This document shows, in pieces, positions 60,907 through 64,000 of a stretch of DNA of 64,000 nucleotides. The DNA comes from Nitrospirota bacterium (GTDB lineage Bacteria; Nitrospirota; Nitrospiria; Nitrospirales; Nitrospiraceae): assembly GCA_963701855.1 (NCBI GenBank), contig CAVPBK010000010.1, positions 1 through 64,000 on the forward strand, in the 5' to 3' direction. Position 1 is the stretch's first letter; each line of letters begins with the position of its first letter. Under the pieces are notes generated by a model that worked only from the letters and a program-made list of their open reading frames with translations, had not been told where the DNA came from and did not search any database. The translations under genes and the position numbers were made by a program.

Positions 60907-63900
60907 GTGAGAATAGAACGCCGCTTTACACGTCGTGGGCAAGGTCCCTATGAAAATCTGCCGTTCGTGAAGCGTTCATCGGAAATTCGTAATCCCGACG
61001 GATCGACGGTGTTTAAGTTGGAAAATATCGACATTCCCGAACCCTGGTCCCAGCTCGCGATCGATATTCTTGCCCAGAAATACTTCAGAAAAGCCGGGGT
61101 GCCGCAGCAAGATGAGCAAGGGAATCCGATCGTCGGGCCGGACGGCAAGCCACAGCTGGGAGGAGAGCGTGACTCTCGACAAGTGTTTGAACGGCTCGCC
61201 GGTTGTTGGACTTCTTGGGGGAAAAACTTCGGCTATTTCAAGACTCCAGAAGATTCCGATGCCTTCCATGATGAGCTTTGTTACATGCTCGCGCATCAGA
61301 TGGCCGCGCCCAATTCACCCCAGTGGTTTAATACCGGGCTTCATTATGCCTATGGACTCTCAGGGCCCGCGCAAGGGCATTTTTATGTCGATCCCAAGAC
61401 CCGTGAAGTTGTCAAAGCCACCAATGCTTTTGAGCATCCGCAGCCGCACGCCTGCTTCATCCAGTCCGTTGACGATGACTTAGTCAGCGAGGGTGGCATC
61501 ATGGATCTCTGGGTGCGAGAGGCGCGCTTGTTCAAATACGGATCAGGGACCGGCACCAACTTTTCCAAGCTTCGCGGCGATGCCGAGCCGTTGTCCGGCG
61601 GCGGACGCTCGTCTGGATTGATGTCGTTTCTTCGCATCGGCGATCGAGCGGCGGGCGCCATTAAGTCCGGTGGGACGACCAGACGAGCTGCCAAAATGGT
61701 CTGTCTCGACTTGGATCATCCTGACATTGAAGAATTTATCAATTGGAAGGTGGTGGAAGAACAAAAGGTTGCCGCCATGGTGACTGGTTCGAAAATCTGC
61801 GCACAGCGTCTCAACGCCGTTCTCAAGGCGTGCCACGTTGTTGACGAAGCCGGTCAGATGAAAATCGAGATTGACGCCAAGCAGAATTTGATCCTCAAGG
61901 AAGCCCTGGCCGCTGCGCGGCGTGATGCGGTTCCAGAGGCCTACGTCCAGCGGATGTTTTCCTATGCGCAGCAAGGGTTCACACATTTTGTGTTTCACGA
62001 GTACGACACGAATTGGGACGGCAAGGCCTACCAAACAGTGTCCGGTCAGAATTCAAACAACAGCGTGCGCATTTCCAACGAGTTTTTTGCGAGGTTGGAG
62101 GCGGATGGCGACTGGCAGCTCAAGCGACGGATCGACGGTAAAGTCTCCAAGACCATCAAGGCGCGGGATCTCTGGGATCAAATTGCTTGGGCCGCCTGGA
62201 TTTGCGCGGATCCGGGCACGCAATACGATACGACCATCAACGAGTGGCATACCTGTCCGGAGGATGGCCGTATCAATGCCTCTAATCCTTGCTCCGAATA
62301 CATGTTCCTCGACGATACAGCATGCAATCTGGCGTCGCTCAACCTCGCCCAATTCTTTTCGGATGATGCTCAATTTGAACTGGAGAATTTCCGCCATGCC
62401 GTGCGCCTCTGGACGATCGTGCTGGAAATCAGCGTCCTCATGGCGTCGTTTCCCAGCCGCTCCATTGCTGAAAAGAGTTATCAGTTCCGAACGCTGGGGC
62501 TCGGCTATGCCAATTTAGGCACGGTGCTGATGCGACAAGGCATTCCCTATGATTCACCCAAAGCACGGGCCATCTGTGGTGCGCTGACCTCCCTCATGAC
62601 CGGCGAGGCGTACGGCACATCGGCAGAAATGGCCGCAGAGCTGTGGCCATTCCCGGGCTATGCCAAAAACCGCGAAGCCATGTTGCGTGTCGTTCGTAAT
62701 CACCGGCGAGCCTCGTATAATGCCGCTTCGGAAGAATATGAAGGTCTGACGATTACACCGATAGGGATCCAGCCGGAGCATTGTCCTCCTGACTTGCTCG
62801 TGGCAGCACGTCGTGCCTGGGACCGAGCTCTCGAATTGGGAACGGCCTATGGATATCGCAATGCACAAGTTACGGTAATTGCTCCTACCGGCACGATCGG
62901 ACTCGTAATGGATTGCGATACGACGGGCATCGAACCGGATTTCGCGCTTGTCAAATTCAAGAAACTGGCCGGCGGAGGGTATTTCAAGATCATCAATCAA
63001 AGTATACCCGCTGCCCTCAGAACATTAGGGTATGCCGAGTCTCAGATTCAGGACATCGTGAACTATTGTGTCGGCCGGCAAACCTTGCAGACCGCACCAT
63101 TCATTAACCATGAGACCCTAAGACAAAAGGGATTCGATGATGCCGCGCTCGGACGAATGGAAGGTGGTTTGTCCCAAGCCTTCGAAATTCAATTTACGTT
63201 TAATAAATATGCGTTGGGTGAAGACTTCTGCCGAGAGAAGTTAGGATTGACCGACGCGCAATTGAATGAGTCCAACTTCAACATGCTGAAAGCGCTAGGA
63301 TTTACACAAGAAGAAATCGCCGCTGCCAATGATTATTGCTGCGGGACCATGACGGTGGAAGGCGCCCCACATCTCAAAACCGAGGATCTTCCGATCTTCG
63401 ATTGCGCCAACCGCTGCGGTCGGATTGGTCAACGATATATCGCCGTCGATGCGCATATCCATATGATGGCGGCGGCACAACCATTCATCAGCGGCGCCAT
63501 CAGCAAAACGATCAACATGCCAGCCGATGCGACGCTGGAAGGAGTGAAATCGGCCTATTTGCTTGCCTGGAAAAGCATGGTCAAGGCCGTGGCTCTATAT
63601 CGTGACGGCTCGAAGTTGAGCCAGCCATTATCAGCTTCAACGGATAGCGGCAAGACCATTGAAGCCTCATCGGAAATATTGACGATAGCTGAAAAGTTTA
63701 CTGAACGAGTGCTAGTACGGTACCTGGCAAAGCGCCGACCACTCCCGGCCAGACGCAATGGGTACACGCAGAAAGCCGTCGTTGGGGGGCATAAACTCTA
63801 TCTCCGCACTGGTGAGTATGAGGACGGTACATGCGGAGAAATTTTCCTCGATATGCACAAAGAAGGGGCCGCATTCAGAAGCCTCATGAACTGTTTTGCC

Positions 63901-64000
63901 ATTGCTATTTCACTGGGTCTCCAGCATGGCGTCCCGCTGGAGGAGTTTGTCGAAGCGTTTGTATTTACCCGCTTCGAGCCGAACGGGCCGGTCAAATTGA
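60907..64000 (+). CDS. nrdJ: class II (B12-dependent) ribonucleotide reductase, runs off window end
   Basis: GTG start MRIERRFT after [47 protein letters not shown]. Absent from the ORF track because it is open-ended. Confidence 0.95.
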   Translation, partial: MRIERRFTRRGQGPYENLPFVKRSSEIRNPDGSTVFKLENIDIPEPWSQLAIDILAQKYFRKAGVPQQDEQGNPIVGPDGKPQLGGERDSRQVFERLAGCWTSWGKNFGYFKTPEDSDAFHDELCYMLAHQMAAPNSPQWFNTGLHYAYGLSGPAQGHFYVDPKTREVVKATNAFEHPQPHACFIQSVDDDLVSEGGIMDLWVREARLFKYGSGTGTNFSKLRGDAEPLSGGGRSSGLMSFLRIGDRAAGAIKSGGTTRRAAKMVCLDLDHPDIEEFINWKVVEEQKVAAMVTGSKICAQRLNAVLKACHVVDEAGQMKIEIDAKQNLILKEALAAARRDAVPEAYVQRMFSYAQQGFTHFVFHEYDTNWDGKAYQTVSGQNSNNSVRISNEFFARLEADGDWQLKRRIDGKVSKTIKARDLWDQIAWAAWICADPGTQYDTTINEWHTCPEDGRINASNPCSEYMFLDDTACNLASLNLAQFFSDDAQFELENFRHAVRLWTIVLEISVLMASFPSRSIAEKSYQFRTLGLGYANLGTVLMRQGIPYDSPKARAICGALTSLMTGEAYGTSAEMAAELWPFPGYAKNREAMLRVVRNHRRASYNAASEEYEGLTITPIGIQPEHCPPDLLVAARRAWDRALELGTAYGYRNAQVTVIAPTGTIGLVMDCDTTGIEPDFALVKFKKLAGGGYFKIINQSIPAALRTLGYAESQIQDIVNYCVGRQTLQTAPFINHETLRQKGFDDAALGRMEGGLSQAFEIQFTFNKYALGEDFCREKLGLTDAQLNESNFNMLKALGFTQEEIAAANDYCCGTMTVEGAPHLKTEDLPIFDCANRCGRIGQRYIAVDAHIHMMAAAQPFISGAISKTINMPADATLEGVKSAYLLAWKSMVKAVALYRDGSKLSQPLSASTDSGKTIEASSEILTIAEKFTERVLVRYLAKRRPLPARRNGYTQKAVVGGHKLYLRTGEYEDGTCGEIFLDMHKEGAAFRSLMNCFAIAISLGLQHGVPLEEFVEAFVFTRFEPNGPVKL

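Noticed and set aside
60907..64000. Intein or intron in nrdJ
   Set aside because: Catalytic motifs are contiguous and no splice or homing-endonuclease motifs were seen in the visible part.

Overview
Bacterial chromosomal window of moderate-to-high GC. Gene content and the dense intergenic MITE/palindrome families suggest a Nitrospira-like organism (inference, not verified). Region 1-10.3 kb is an accessory island. It holds three IS3-family elements, each interrupting a defence-type gene (HEPN-like, Schlafen/AlbA_2-like, Abi-C/HEPN-like), a PEP-CTERM gene, an IS110 whose bridge-RNA guides can be read directly, and a TPR-PilZ gene, and it ends at a promoter-proximal 5' half tRNA-Arg(ACG). Next come a frameshifted BACON/FN3 repeat surface protein and an outer-membrane barrel around a palindromic sigma54-type site, then a Ski2/HelY-type helicase split into two genes in swapped order behind glgC, def and an ABC exporter. 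A ubiquitin-like sulfur-relay cluster follows (thiS-cysK-moeB-thrC-moaD-NIL-moeB-mec). Region 35.1-38.6 kb is a patch of gene fragments (orphan Rhs toxin tip with putative immunity gene, YD remnant, broken PilC/GspF) with small hairpins at the junctions. The rest is mostly housekeeping: yggS, cfa, cytochrome c peroxidase, msrB, lon, THUMP methyltransferase, Nudix, RelE-type TA, mutY-mutT-exonuclease, miaB, mtaB, ampG and the start of class II RNR nrdJ with NrdR and DnaA boxes. All calls are from motif recognition by eye; no database searches were run.
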